64,000 nt of DNA from assembly GCF_006345805.1 (NCBI RefSeq), contig NC_043004.1:46128001-46192000 (forward strand), in the 5' to 3' direction. Below the pieces are notes generated by a model, which made no database searches, was not told the origin of the DNA, and worked only from the letters and a program-made list of their open reading frames with translations. The number at the start of each line of letters is the position of its first letter. Within the stretch, counting starts at the first letter, position 1. This stretch comes from Octopus sinensis (taxonomy: Eukaryota). This document shows, in pieces, positions 1 through 13,345 of the stretch. The position numbers and the translations under genes are program-made.

Positions 1-1309
1 AATAACCATAAATTTGATCTCCTTTATATTTGAGATTTTCCATATCGTTTTTCAAAGCATGCTGCATAGTGTAGACTTGCACCAATTTCACACACAGACA
101 GCATTCAAACATAATTCCGTATGGTAAATCAGATATGGAGAAAAGCTAGATTACAGCATTTCATTGGACTGGTATAAAAAAAGGGACATACGCACAAACT
201 CAAGCATACGTTCGAAGCTTACAAAAATTACAAAGTTTATCATATTCATCTCCATAAATGTAAACACACCTGTAAATCAACGTCAGTTATACGTCTGTAA
301 AAGGAAAGTGATTGGATGGATATAGAAAGAGGTGTCGACCAATGTGATTTTAACCTAGGCTATTTTCAGTGTACCACGTAGCATACGACGAAGTAAGGAG
401 GATTAAAAATTATAAAGCATACACACTCACGCACACATATATGTGCGCACACGCAAACATACATACACATACATATATGTACGAATGTATTTATTTTGCC
501 TTTGTGTGCATGTATGCATACCTACATATATACATATATATATGCATGTATGTATATGTATATCTATCTATCTATCTATATATATATATATAGTAAAGGG
601 ATGGAAAATATCTGCCACTAAGTGATGATATTAAATGTTTCTGATTATAACAACATAAAGTCTCGGCCGTAAAATGGATGTCAACCAGATACCGTAGTCA
701 TTAACCAATAAACCTAAAGATATATTTGTTCCCTGAGTTTCCGACCGACATTTCAATTCTTCTATCCACCAAACCTGTAGACTTATTGAATAATCGCATT
801 AGTAGCCGAGTCATGTGTAACCTTAAAGAATATCTTCGGTAGAATCAGCGTGGCACAGCATGAGATGACCGAACATGTGACTCACGAGTTCACTACCTCC
901 GGCAGTCTTTTAGACTTTAGACGTTTGTTGTTTGTAAGCATAGTACTTATTCTACCACTTTCTTTTGCCAAAACGCTAAGTTAACGGGACATACGTACAC
1001 CGGCATCGGGTTACCTTGTACCCTATTTTCCTCATAAACTAAGAGTAGATCTAAAGTTAAGGAAAATCTTATATGACAAACATAGTAAACACCACCCGGG
1101 TATTATGTGTATAAAACGAGCTACGTAATCATTTCATTCGGCCACACTTCTACAAGTAACATTCGGCCACACTTCTACAAGCTGATGCCATGGAGTAGAA
1201 TCAAAACAGAGACTTCATGACCATGAGAATATCATTCTTCCAAACAAAAATATATGAACAATAAAAGTAGATAAAAAAATTAGTAATAGGATGACATGCA
1301 TCACATCAG

Positions 1310-1410
1310 CATAATAAGAGTTATTAGAAGATGTAAAGAAATAAAGTGGGCTAAAATCGGGTCGATAAATCAACTTTAATGGAAACACCTCTTCAAGCCA
1401 GGAGTAAACA
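1310..1410 (-). mobile_element. Possible Tc1/mariner transposase remnant
   Basis: Minus-strand peptide EEVFPLKLIYRPDFSPLYFFTSSNN loosely resembles the mariner motif WEVLPHPPYSPDLAPSDYHLFRSLQN. Very degenerate. Confidence 0.3.
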
Positions 1411-1739
1411 ATAAATGTTTGGAAAAAGAAAGTATAAATATACACGACCGTTTTTCACTAAAGTATATAGAAGACATCAATAGGCTAACTGACCGAATTT
1501 TCTCAGTGTGAGGACAATAATTGAAGAAAACTCTATTCGTATATAAAAGGCTAAAGCGTCCCTTACATTCTTTCAAGATATTTGAAGTAAAAGGTATTAT
1601 ACTAAATTGTGAAAAAGATAAAAGACCTCTCCGAACTCAAAGGAAATGAAAGGGAAGTTATTGTGTAAAAAAATGGGGAGGAAATAAAACGAATAGAATA
1701 TGAAAGAAATAGGAGGAGATCCGTGAAGTGAAAGAAATC

Positions 1740-2360
1740 TTAAAATAATTGGTCAATAAAAAGCTATGTCAGATAAGATGTGAAGAACTGTTTTCCTTCA
1801 CACTGAATCGTGTTTCTGAAACGAATACTAAAATATTCTGGAAGATCAATAAAAAATAAGAGAAACATAGAAGATACACGAACAGCAACATAAATACTTA
1901 CATTTTTGGAGAACATGTGGAAAGAACATTTACAACATAATGAAGCGATAAAATGAATTATGATTGTGAGAGAAAAGAAAATTACAATAGCAGTGCTATG
2001 AGATCTTAGCGTAATTAACAAAGTATATACACGCATAAATCTGTAAGCAACTCTAAAGGCTCGCAAAGTTAAGGCCTTAATATCCTGCTAAATCACTTAA
2101 CCTTAACATATAGAATTTTTAGCAACCGCATTTAATAAATAAGTACGATGGCAACATCAAAACATTACTGCTACGAAAGGAGAAAGCAATGTTAATTCCC
2201 AGAAACAAAAACACTAGGAACCCAAAATTATGGAACAACAATAATGTCTTTAACTAACTAAAGGTGCTGCGTCTGTAATATTCAAGAAGCGTGTTTGCTC
2301 ATTTGGAAAATAATAACATCAGAGGACAATTACAGAAAACATGCGATGTCGAAAAGAATG
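1740..2360 (+). mobile_element. Degenerate R4/Dong-like LINE, RT N-terminal remnant
   Basis: Frameshifted pieces FLENMWKEHLQHNEAIK, KAMLIPRNKNTRNPK and VFAHLENNNI resemble RLE-LINE pre-RT/RT motifs (FW.NIW...HN, R.VLIPK....NYRPI). Confidence 0.5.
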
Positions 2361-2610
2361 AGTGCGATGATGTTAGAACCATTATTTTTTTTTCACTAAA
2401 ATGTTATTGAATTAAGCAAATAGTAACCAGAAAATATGGACGTATTCATTTCCTAAAAGTATTTGACAGTTTACCACACACATGTATATTACAAACGCTA
2501 TGCATAAACATAACGGCGTAGATATAATAAATAAAACAGTATTAAAATAAGAAATACTAAATTTCTAAATCTCTCGTAGAGACATGTACGGTGGTGGGGC
2601 AATAGAATGG

Positions 2611-2860
2611 TTGTATACTGTCAATCTAATACGAACGTGACAGTAGGGGGGTACACCACTGCTGTATAGCCCTAGGAAGCATCGACGCCTCCTGATGACT
2701 TTAACACATTTTTCCTGTGTCCTTATATACATTCGTAAATGTATATAAGGACACAGGAAAAATGTGTTAAAGCCATCAGGAGGCGTCGATGCTTCCTAGG
2801 GCTATACAGCAGTGGTGTACCCCCCTACTGTCACGTTCGTGTTAGATTGAAAGTATACAA
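2611..2860. repeat. 250-bp near-perfect palindrome (123-bp arms, 4-nt loop CGTA)
   Basis: 2611-2733 is the reverse complement of 2738-2860, with 3 mismatches seen. Confidence 0.95.
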
Positions 2861-5800
2861 GTATTAAAATAGTCTTACTGAAATTGGAAAAAACCCAAAA
2901 TATTTCTTGATGAAGAAGTTAATGACTGTGATGTGTATATAAAATCCATTTTCAGTGAACGCCTTATCCTCTCTACTCTCCTCTATGATTTTGAGGGTAT
3001 CAATAAATTATTGAAATCAAGCATCGAAGGCTAGATATTTCAGTGGTAAATTATAATTCATCAGATATGTTTGTAATTAGAGTTACACGAACATGAAATG
3101 TATGAAAATAGATGACACCTAAAAGTAATTATTGGTAAAATTAGAAAAGAGTACAAGAACGTGATATTAATATTATTTTATGCAATAATTTCATTCGTTA
3201 TACAATATACTGTTTATATATACTCTAATTAACTAAGAAATAGCATGTATAATTTCAAGATAAGGTATTTCGAAAGTAAAGTCAGATGAAGACTTGCTTG
3301 TAATAAAAAATTTGCGAGAATACTACTCACTGTAATTCGTTGCCTATTATATGTATATGTAAGGAATAAAAATTATACGCTCTAACAAACAATTGCAGTG
3401 AATCGATATAAAGATGTCCAAGCCACCACTAGTAGAGTGATTGATATAACATTACATTCTGGAAAGTAAGAAAAAATTAATTAAAATGTATACAGTAGCA
3501 AATACACGCTGGGTGAATAAAGATATACACAAGATACTAAATCCGTGTAATTAAAAATACAATGCGCGTCGATGAAAATTAGAAGCAGAAGTGAAAAATA
3601 AGAATTGGCAATTGAAGTGAAAGTTCTCTCAGACTTCAACATACTGTGCCAATACAATAAATATTGTTAAAAACGAATGAATTAGAAGAAAAGATGAACA
3701 ACGAAATTATTGAAAAGCTCTTCCGTAATTTAATTTTTAGTTTGTGTTATAGTTACTCTAGTTCTAGCAAGGCACGTTTATAAATAAATACGCTTGCGAA
3801 AATTATTTTACGAATTAAATTTAAGACCAATATGTCGCCACTCGATCTACAAGAAACGGCAACTATATTTTCTACAAATAACGCCCCAATATCATGGGAA
3901 TAGATACAATTGTTAGCTTAGAAGTGAGAGAATACCACTCGTCATAGATTTTAATTTTAGAAGTATATTGTGGATAGTGTTATCTTAAATATCAATATGA
4001 AAATATGATGGCCATAGCTAGAAAGCCTCTGCTTGCTGATGTGGAGCAATAAAGCATGTTAAGTATGAACTAAAGTGTTACACATCTCCCACAAATCACA
4101 ATATTCTGAGTTAAATGAAGAGCTAATTGGATAATGCGGTTCTGCACAAAATAATAAATGATGAGATGTTAATCACTGGAAAAACTTTCAACATATTTCT
4201 ATTCAATGATGGCTAAACATTGTGTTACAGATGAATGAACACATTCCTTTTTCCTACCGGCTTACTCTTCTCTCTCTCTCTGTCTCTGCCACCAGCACCA
4301 CCATAGCCCACCCGCAAGATTCTTCTTTAAAACAAAACCCACCCAATTGTGCACTACCAACGCTACCCTTGTTTGCTCCCCCCCACCTTTGTCACAGAGG
4401 CAATTGACTTTGTTCACCCTATTCTCTCTTTTTCTCTTTCTCTTACTGCTCAGATATCCCAGCATTGTCGTTGCCGCCATCACTTCACTGGGTATGGGGT
4501 GGGGAAAGGGGGTAGATAGATAAAAAATATGAAGAAAGAATAATGCAAAAAAGAAAAACAGCTTCTCTAGTCAGTGGTACAATTGTGGGGGGGGGGCGCC
4601 ACCCCCACCACAGAGGTCATGTGATGTGATGGGCAATGTAGGTAATGCCAGAGACTTAAGGTGGAGGTAAGTCTTGTGGGGCTGTGGAGCAGAGTGGAGA
4701 GTCAGTTATCTCCCTTGTTATATGGACGTCATGGCGTTGAATAGAAGTTGTTGCAGAGAGACTGCATAGAAAGGTCACGGAGGTGAGATAGGAAAGCAAG
4801 TTGGGGAGACTGGCCACCATAGCAGAGGCACGGAAGTCAGAAGAAAGTCATATATTATGACCTTTCTTCACAAGCTCATATGGGAAAAAGAAAAAATCCG
4901 TTGGCTGCGAGATGCTGGGGAAACATGGGGGAGGGGCAAAGAGAAAAAAGCAAACAGGCCGTGCCCCAGCATGGCCACGGCCTCTAGCTGAAACTTATAA
5001 AAGAAAAGACGAAACTAATAGTGGTTACGAAATCTGTGGTATCGCCTCTTACAGCAGCAGTATCATCACCATCACCACCACCAACAACAACAACAAATAC
5101 TAATGCTACTACTACTACTACAACACTACACGACCAATATTATGACAACAACAACGCATTACCATACCGCCACCACCACCACCAACAGATACGGTCTCTG
5201 GAATGTCCCCGTTTCTCATAGTTATTCAGTTGTTTATAATTATTTTCACTCTGATTTCTTGTGAATTGTCTGTTTTCAACATTCATATAGCATGTGATAC
5301 CCATCTTCTCCGTACTGGAGACACTCCATAGAAATACTACGTTTCTGGTATACAACAATATAGCCTATTTCAAAATTACTTCCAGTAAGCTATTGGGGAT
5401 ATTTAGACATTTGTTTTCCCAATTTTGATGTGTTCCGTAACAGCTCTTCCCACCAACAGCTGTTCGTTACTGTAAACTTCACTTTCTAAAATCGCTTTTG
5501 CTCTTCTACTAATATGTTATTCGTTCTCCAGATGTATAACTATAACCAACCTGCTGCAGACTACGCGGAGAAGGATTTCCTTTAAGGTTGGCAAGAGAGC
5601 ATTATAATCTTCTTGGTGGGAATTACAACCGTGTTTCGTGGTCTGCTACCACAACAGCTCCTTTATAGGATCCAGTTAACTCAAGACATCATCAGGAGGA
5701 ACCACGTCCGGTTTCGGACCCTACTCCTCTACCTTTTTGACGTGGCGCCCCCACCTCTTTCGGAGGTGTCTTCAGCTCTGGTGTTGGGTCCATGTCTTCT

Positions 5801-6342
5801 TTGTTCTTTCTTGGAAAAAAATACCTAGTATTACTCGTTTTGTGTAACTTATGCGGTTTACTGCCTCTTGTATGCATTCATATATTAATACTAGTCTTAA
5901 CGGTTCATTGAATACCCTAACCATGAACCCCACTAGTTACACACACACCATGTATAGATGTGATTATATATCTAATATCTTATCTTTATTTCATCCACTT
6001 TTAATATCTTAATATCTAAATATCTTAATATCTATGTTTTATGTTTTATGTCCATTTCTTGGTTATACGTAGTTATGTTTTATATAGTTTCAAACGTTTT
6101 TAAGTCCTTTGTAACACATTTTTGTATAAATGAATCGACGCTAGTGACAAATAAATGAAGATTATTATAATTTTTGCTGTTGTTGTTGCTGTTATTTTGT
6201 CCTTTCTGCTTATATTTTTGTTGCTGTCATCTGTTTCGTGTTCCGTTATAATGGCGAAGTAAACGCAACCAGTATTATGATATATCTAAAACTTCAATGA
6301 GCCAAACGATAAAAAGAAAAGTCACGCCTTAACTTCATACAT

Positions 6343-6501
6343 ATGAAAACCTGTTCATATAAATGCACATACACATGCTCAAATATATACATACTTATAT
6401 ACATATATGTATATATATATGTTTATGTATGTATATACACACATATATATACATATATATACATACATATACATATATACATATATGCATGTATATATAT
6501 A

Positions 6502-6535
<34 letters not shown>

Positions 6536-6617
6536 GTATATATATATGTTTATGTATGTATATACATACATATATATACATATATATACATACATTTACA
6601 TACATATACATATATGC

Positions 6618-6662
<45 letters not shown>

Positions 6663-6871
6663 ATATGTATATATATATGTTTATGTATGTATATACATAC
6701 ATATATATATACATATATATACATACATTTACATACATATACATATATGCATGTATATATATATATATATATGTATATACATATATGTATATATATATGT
6801 TTATGTATGTATATACATACATATATATACATATATATACATACATTTACATACATACATATATGCATGTA

Positions 6872-6915
<44 letters not shown>

Positions 6916-7120
6916 GTATATATATATGTTTATGTATGTATATACATACATATATACATATATATACATACATTTACATACATATACATATATGCATGTA
7001 TATATATATATATATATATATATATGTAATACATATATGTATATATATATGTTTATGTATGTATATACATACATATATATACATATATATACATACATTT
7101 ACATACATATACATATATGC

Positions 7121-7153
<33 letters not shown>

Positions 7154-7190
7154 TGATGAAAACCTGTTCATATAAATGCACATACACATG
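6343..7190. repeat. Compound (TA)/(CATA) higher-order tandem repeat, about 125-bp period, 6 units
   Basis: Anchor GTTTATGTATGT recurs at about 6421, 6548, 6679, 6799, 6927 and 7050. The array is bracketed by a direct repeat ATGAAAACCTGTTCATATAAATGCACATACACATGC. Confidence 0.9.
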
Positions 7191-7894
7191 CACAAACAAA
7201 TATAGAGAGCTACATGAACTGACACACGCATATACATTCATACATATATACATACATATATACATATATGTATATGTATGTGTTTATGTATGTATATACA
7301 TATGTATACATACATACATATATATACATATATATATATACATATACATACATATACATATATATACATATATGGATAGATACATATATGGATAGATACA
7401 TATATACATGTATACATAAGCGTACACAAATATAGGTAGATAAAGAAACCATAATGAAAAAAAAAAGGACAAATGGATTTCTATGGGAAGTTAAGACGAA
7501 ATCGGCTTTTAGCATGATGACGATGACCTTTCAGTGTTGCTAGCTATAATATATATGAAGCACGCGATAAATTCATTTTGGCTGATGCGACTACCAGAAA
7601 AGTGTCAGAATCTATCAAATTCTATTTGTCTTTTTCGGTAGCAGGGATGAATTGACAAATGGAAAAACCTAAAATATACGATGATGTATAAACAAAATGC
7701 CAGCCTGGTTCTCAATAAGGATAATAAGGTTGATAAACAAACTCTTACACACGCGCGAGAGCAATAAATATATTTGTGTGTGTATGTATGTGTATGCGTG
7801 TTTGTGTCTGCATATGTGTGTCTTTGTAGGTATATGTATGCATATATACATATATATATGTGAACGTATATATGTATAAATGTTTATTTGTATG

Positions 7895-7974
<80 letters not shown>

Positions 7975-8920
7975 TATATATAGGCATGTATATATGTGCG
8001 TATGGATATAAGCATACATATTATGTAAGTATATACATATAACTGTGTGTATGTATATATATATATATATAATATATATATATATACATGGGTGTGTACA
8101 TGTGTGCGTGGGCGCGCTCGTGTGTATTGGGAGAGTGAGAAAGAACATTCAAATTTTATCCTAGCTCAAGCGGAAAAAGAACATCAGGTTAGCTTTAATT
8201 AAGTGTTGTTTACAAGCAATATATAGAAACGTGACGTAAACAAATCATGTTCGACAGTCATTGTAGCACTACCGTGAAGATTCCGGCTATAGTTACCAAT
8301 AAATAGATAATGAAAAAAGAAAACGAGTGAAAGACAAGAACAAAATAAACAGCTCATTTAGTCATGAATCAAAAGGGCATATTTCAACTTGATTAACTGA
8401 ACATTTTCATAAATATTCGACGGTTAATTTTATCAGGGTTTGGGATTTGATGGTTCTGTAGATCGTAAAGCATTCTGTAATGAATTTTAGTTTTTTACCT
8501 TCTGCGTTCAAATCCCACCGACTTCAAGTTTACATTTTATTTATTTTTATATTTTAGTCGATGATACAAAGTACCTGGCACCCCATTCCCCTTCTCACGC
8601 ACGTTTCAACTCACTGGTACATAACCTAAAACTAACAAACAAAACCGAAGATGAATTGTAAAATGGTTATGCCGTGAATGGCGACAAAAAGACTATATCG
8701 AATGCAGCTGCTTAATTGTTTAGTGAATGATTAATGAACTTATCAATTAGCTAGTCAGACGGCTAACCTATTGTGGAATAATAATCAAGTGAAACTGAAA
8801 CCCTGAGCATATTTGTTATTGGCGCTATGACCCACCGGAGCTGCAGTCGACAATCATCATATCCCTAATATAGAAAAAAATTAATATTAATGTTATAAAT
8901 TACAAAAGATAATAAATTAG

Positions 8921-9330
8921 GGGCAGGAGTGGCTGTGTGGTAAGTAGCTTGCTAACCAACCACATGCTTCCGGGTTCAGTCCCAATGCGTGTCACCTTGG
9001 GCAAGTGTCTTCTGCTATAGCCCCGGGACGACCAATGCCTTGTGAGTGGATTTGGTAGACGCAAACTGAGAGAAGCCCGTCGTATATATGTATATGTATA
9101 TGTATGCATGTGTGGGTGTGTGTTTGTGTGTCTGTGTTTGTCCCCCTAGCATTGCTTGACAACCGATGCTGGTGTGTTTACGTCCCCGTCACCTAGCGGT
9201 TCGGCAAAAGAGACCGATAGAATAAGTACTGGGCTTACAAAGTATACGTCCCGGGGTCGATTTGCTCGACTAAAAGCGGTGCTCCAGCATGGCCGCAGTC
9301 AAATGACTGAAGCAAGTAAAAGAGAGTAAA
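8921..9330 (+). mobile_element. tRNA-derived SINE, family 1 (full length)
   Basis: A box TGGCTGTGTGG, B box GGTTCAGTCCC, internal (TA)/(TG) tract, tail GGTGCTCCAGCATGGCCGCAGTCAAATGACTGAA..AAAGAG. Several copies in the window. Confidence 0.9.
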
Positions 9331-9721
9331 GACAGTAAATTGTTAATATAGATATGTGATTGGTTGAATGCAAGCAACATCGGATCTAATGCTTTAATGG
9401 TATTTGCCCACGACACGCTTCTTTCTGAAATGAAACCTTACGATTTTGCCTTCATACTTCCGTGTCGATAAAATATAGTACATGTAAGTATTATAATACA
9501 GTTTTATATTTAAGAGATGAGGAATTTTGCTAGGATACAACAACCTCCTATACAGACCGAGTGCAGATATGAATAGCATATAGAAACCGATATGAAGGAA
9601 GAATAGGAAGATATTAGAATTATATGCCCTAAAATTCACTCCATAATTGCCCACGGGCATATGGCGTAGTTAACAGCTCGGGCTAATAATAATAATAATG
9701 CTGCTGCGGCTGCTGCTGATG

Positions 9722-9787
<66 letters not shown>

Positions 9788-9834
9788 TCGAAAAATACCT
9801 TAGGAATGGGAACCCAGTTTCGAAATTTCCCCAA

Positions 9835-9877
9835 GACACCTGATGAAGGCTGGAGGGTATATTAGCCGAAATGTGTT
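9835..9877 (+). ncRNA. Hammerhead ribozyme remnant (type I, stem III deleted)
   Basis: GACAC-CTGATGA-A-GGCTG-gagggtatat-TAGCC-GAAA-T-GTGTT. Stems I and II pair, but only 1 nt remains where stem III and the NUH triplet should be. Confidence 0.6.
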
Positions 9878-11724
9878 AACAACAAACAAGATGAAGATAA
9901 ATCTCTGTTGAATGTAAATAATGTGTCTAAGTATTATTCTACTTCTTAAACACTTCGATTATTGCGCTTATTTTATTAATTAGTGCTTGGACGGCGGATT
10001 GGCAGAATTGTTAGAGTATTATGCGAAGTACCTTGCATGATTTGTATTGGTTCATTGCGTCCTGAGTTAAAATGCCACTGAGTTAATGTACGGGTCAGTT
10101 ATGGTTGTCATCCTTCCGGAATCAATAAAATACTTTAGCAATCTAGTACTAAAGTTGATTTTATCGACTACACCCGCTTCCTTCAAAACTGTTATCTTTT
10201 AGCCAAAATTTGAAACCTACCTAAATGAAAAATAATTTGCTACGTTGCGTTGTAACTAGATTTATCTCAACACTGTTAATCACGTTCAAAGAAAAGCGCT
10301 GAGGTGGATGCAAGCAAATATTCAAAGGTATGCAGAGAGAATGTCATATCTTTAGAGAATTCTAGATGATATGCAGGTGTAATCATAATTTTCGAGTTGC
10401 ATCTTCTGATTCGAGGCTTATTTAGTAGAACAGCAGCTATAGGTCGAATGCTGACAAATTGATAGTTTTTGGAATACTGACACGAATGCTCCGTCTTTTA
10501 CTGCTAAGGTCATAGCACCAGTCAACATCATTACTAGCATTGTATCGTTACTTTGTACTGGTTATGATCTATAACATTCTTGGTAAACCCTAGGCAATAA
10601 TGACCACGAACTAAGCCGTTTAATATCGTAGTTGTACCTCTCCGAAGTAATGTCAATACTATCGGATTTTATCTCTTATTGGCTATAAGTTCTGTAGCCA
10701 AAGTAAAGACCCTCTTCTGCTATGAAAGACCATGAGATTGCACCAAGAAGTTCTCCCTCCGAGGCATAGGTCCGGGCAATGTGGTTTTATAGTAGACCAG
10801 GGGTCGCTCATGTTCATGCCTTTAACGACAATATATGTCTTCAAAGACAATTGCACCCATAAATTCTAAAATAAAATTCAGGATTTTCCATCCTTCACTA
10901 ATTCCCTTTTTCTTCCCCTCCGTCCTTCGCCGTTATCTGCCTGTCTCTCTCTCCCTCTTTCACTTTTCTCTCTCTCTTTCTCACTCGTTGCTCACACGTG
11001 ACCATCGTCCATCTTTCTTTTCCTCACATGAATATCTTAATTTTCCTGCATGAACGTTCAAAAGGGGGGAGATATTTTTCTTTCTTTCTTCTATCTTTTC
11101 TCTTAAAAAACAAAGCAAAAAGGTTTCTTCCAGCATTCACTATCTTCCTCAACGTTCTGGGCTAACGATCTTCTGTGTTTGTTTTCGTTCGTTTTCCTTC
11201 TATGTCTCCACTGTCGCTTTTTTTGTTCCAAAATTTGACCCTCCATAAATCCTAAATTTTATTTTAGAATTTATGAGAGCAACTGTCTTTAAAGAATTAT
11301 ATTATCGTGCAATGCTCGAAATAAGGAGTAGATTGACAGCTGACAACTAATGAAGGATCCTTTCTCTGTATTTACTTGTCCTGTTTTCCATTTTTCTCGT
11401 GTTAACGTATATCATTTGTTTTTTCTTCGTCTGTTTACATATTTCATGCTATTTTCACCTCTGGTGAGGTCCTGTACACATATATGCATGTATATATATT
11501 TATATATATGTATGTATGTATATATTTATGTATGTATCTATATCTATCTATCTATATATCTATATGTATTATATAATATTTATTATTTATTATGTAATTG
11601 AACGCAACACATCCATTTCTAAGTAAGTTTATATGTGTGCGTGTGTGTGTGTGTGTGCATGTGACCGCATGTGTATCGGTGACGATTTTCTTTCTCTGTC
11701 TTCGCTTCTTTGGATTTTTTCTAG

Positions 11725-11760
11725 AGTTCTGATGAAGAGCTCAGCTTGAAACGTGAAATC
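11725..11760 (+). ncRNA. Minimal hammerhead motif, family B copy 1 (within repeat 11694-11859)
   Basis: GTT-CTGATGA-A-GAGC-TCA-GCTT-GAAAC-GTG-AAAT. Canonical core, but H17 is G, so probably inactive. Confidence 0.55.
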
Positions 11761-11874
11761 CTCTTTTTTCTTTCCTTTACTGAGCATCCAATAACACAGT
11801 ACTTGTGCTAGGTCCTCGAATTGTTCTTTTTGTCTTGCTTGTTCTTGTTTGGATTGACTATCTACATACACACA

Positions 11875-11943
<69 letters not shown>

Positions 11944-11944
11944 A

Positions 11945-12379
11945 TAAGCAACGGGTTGCTTAGCTTCATACCGAAAATTTAGAAATTGCAGTCAAAGACC
12001 GCTTATTTCTATTTTCTACAAATATAACACCACAAATAACATATACATGTAATTCACATATGTATAAAGAAGGAAAAATAATGAAAGCAAAGTCTTCGGT
12101 CAGTTACGGACGCGTTTCTGGGTTAGAATTATAAATAATACATTCCCATCTTCAGCGCAACATTATCATTTATTGAATAAATATGAATTATTTATAATTC
12201 TAACCCAGAAACGCGTCCGTAACTGACCGAAGATTTTGTTTTCGTTATTTTCCCTTCTTTTTACATATGTGAGATATACGTATATGTCATATGTATAGTT
12301 ATAGTTGTAGAAGATAGGAATAAGCGGTTTTTGACTGCTATTTCTAAATTTTCGGTATGTGGCTAAGCAACCTGTTGCT

Positions 12380-12381
<2 letters not shown>
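11945..12381. mobile_element. About 435-bp fold-back element (inverted pLTR-like arms) between microsatellites
   Basis: 11945-12139 is the imperfect reverse complement of 12187-12381. The inner about 50 bp is near-perfect and the spacer is 47 nt. Confidence 0.85.
12103..12161 (-). ncRNA. Type I hammerhead ribozyme, PLE-style palindromic stem III
   Basis: Minus strand: GTTGCG-CTGAAGA-TGGG-(22 nt)-CCCA-GAAAC-GC-GTC^CGTAAC. Stem I is 6 bp, stem II is TGGG/CCCA, stem III is ACGCGT, and the cleavage triplet is GUC. Confidence 0.8.
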
Positions 12382-12409
<28 letters not shown>

Positions 12410-12411
<2 letters not shown>

Positions 12412-13345
12412 CAAACATACACACACACATACTTACACACACACTCACCTGCACGCGCACACACATGCATGACAAACACCCATACACTCACACTCACATA
12501 CGCACACACCAACATAAACACGCACACGCACACGCACACACACACCTACACTCCCACACACATACACACGCACCTACATACACACACGCACGCATACACA
12601 CGCATACACACATACATTACACACGTACACACACACCTACATACACATGCATACACACACACACACAAACATGCACGGACACACCCAGACATACACACAT
12701 ACACCTATATACACACGCCCACACACCTACATACACACACATATACACACGCCCACGCACCTACATACACACACATACATACACACACATACACGGACAC
12801 ACCCATACATACTTACATACATACACCTATACACACACGCCCACACACCTACATACACACACACATCTACACACACACACATGTACGCACACACACACAC
12901 ATATACGCACATACATATATACCCACACACATGCACACACACACACACATACGCACATGCATGCATGCATGCATGCACACGCGCACACCTACACGCATAC
13001 ACACACACACACGCACGTACACATACATACATACACACACGCATACATACACCCATACACATACAAGCATCCTACACACACATACATACACACTCACACA
13101 ACATACACCACACACACTCACTCACACACCTGTATTACGCGCACACACATGCACATACACACACTTCCCCACACCCACACGTACATACATACACACACAC
13201 ACATACACACACACACACACACGGACATACATCTTGCACACACATACATACACACATACTCACATACATTCATCGGACACACTGCCACCCGACATACACA
13301 CAGACACACTCACACATCCACACACATACTACTTACGCACATACT
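12410..13345. repeat. Degenerate (CA)/(CATA)-rich tract
   Basis: Low-complexity sequence; the source of the spurious 350-410 aa His/Thr ORFs. Confidence 0.95.

Noticed and set aside
1-170. Minus-strand open frame running off the window start
   Set aside because: Under 50 codons with no recognisable motif.
1135-1181. 22-bp direct repeat with a 3-nt spacer
   Set aside because: Only two units; a simple local duplication, not CRISPR-like.
2692-2698. CTGATGA inside the 250-bp palindrome as a hammerhead core
   Set aside because: No GAAA after a stem II and no stem III/NUH; the opposite arm reads CTGATGG.
5700-5791. Definite HDV-like ribozyme call
   Set aside because: Helix order fits loosely, but P3 pairing, a G1 start and the catalytic J4/2 C are missing. 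Kept only as an unclassified structure.
6343-7515. Long Tyr/Ile/His/Met-rich ORFs (up to 270 aa)
   Set aside because: Translations of (TA)/(CATA) repeats, open in several frames on both strands.
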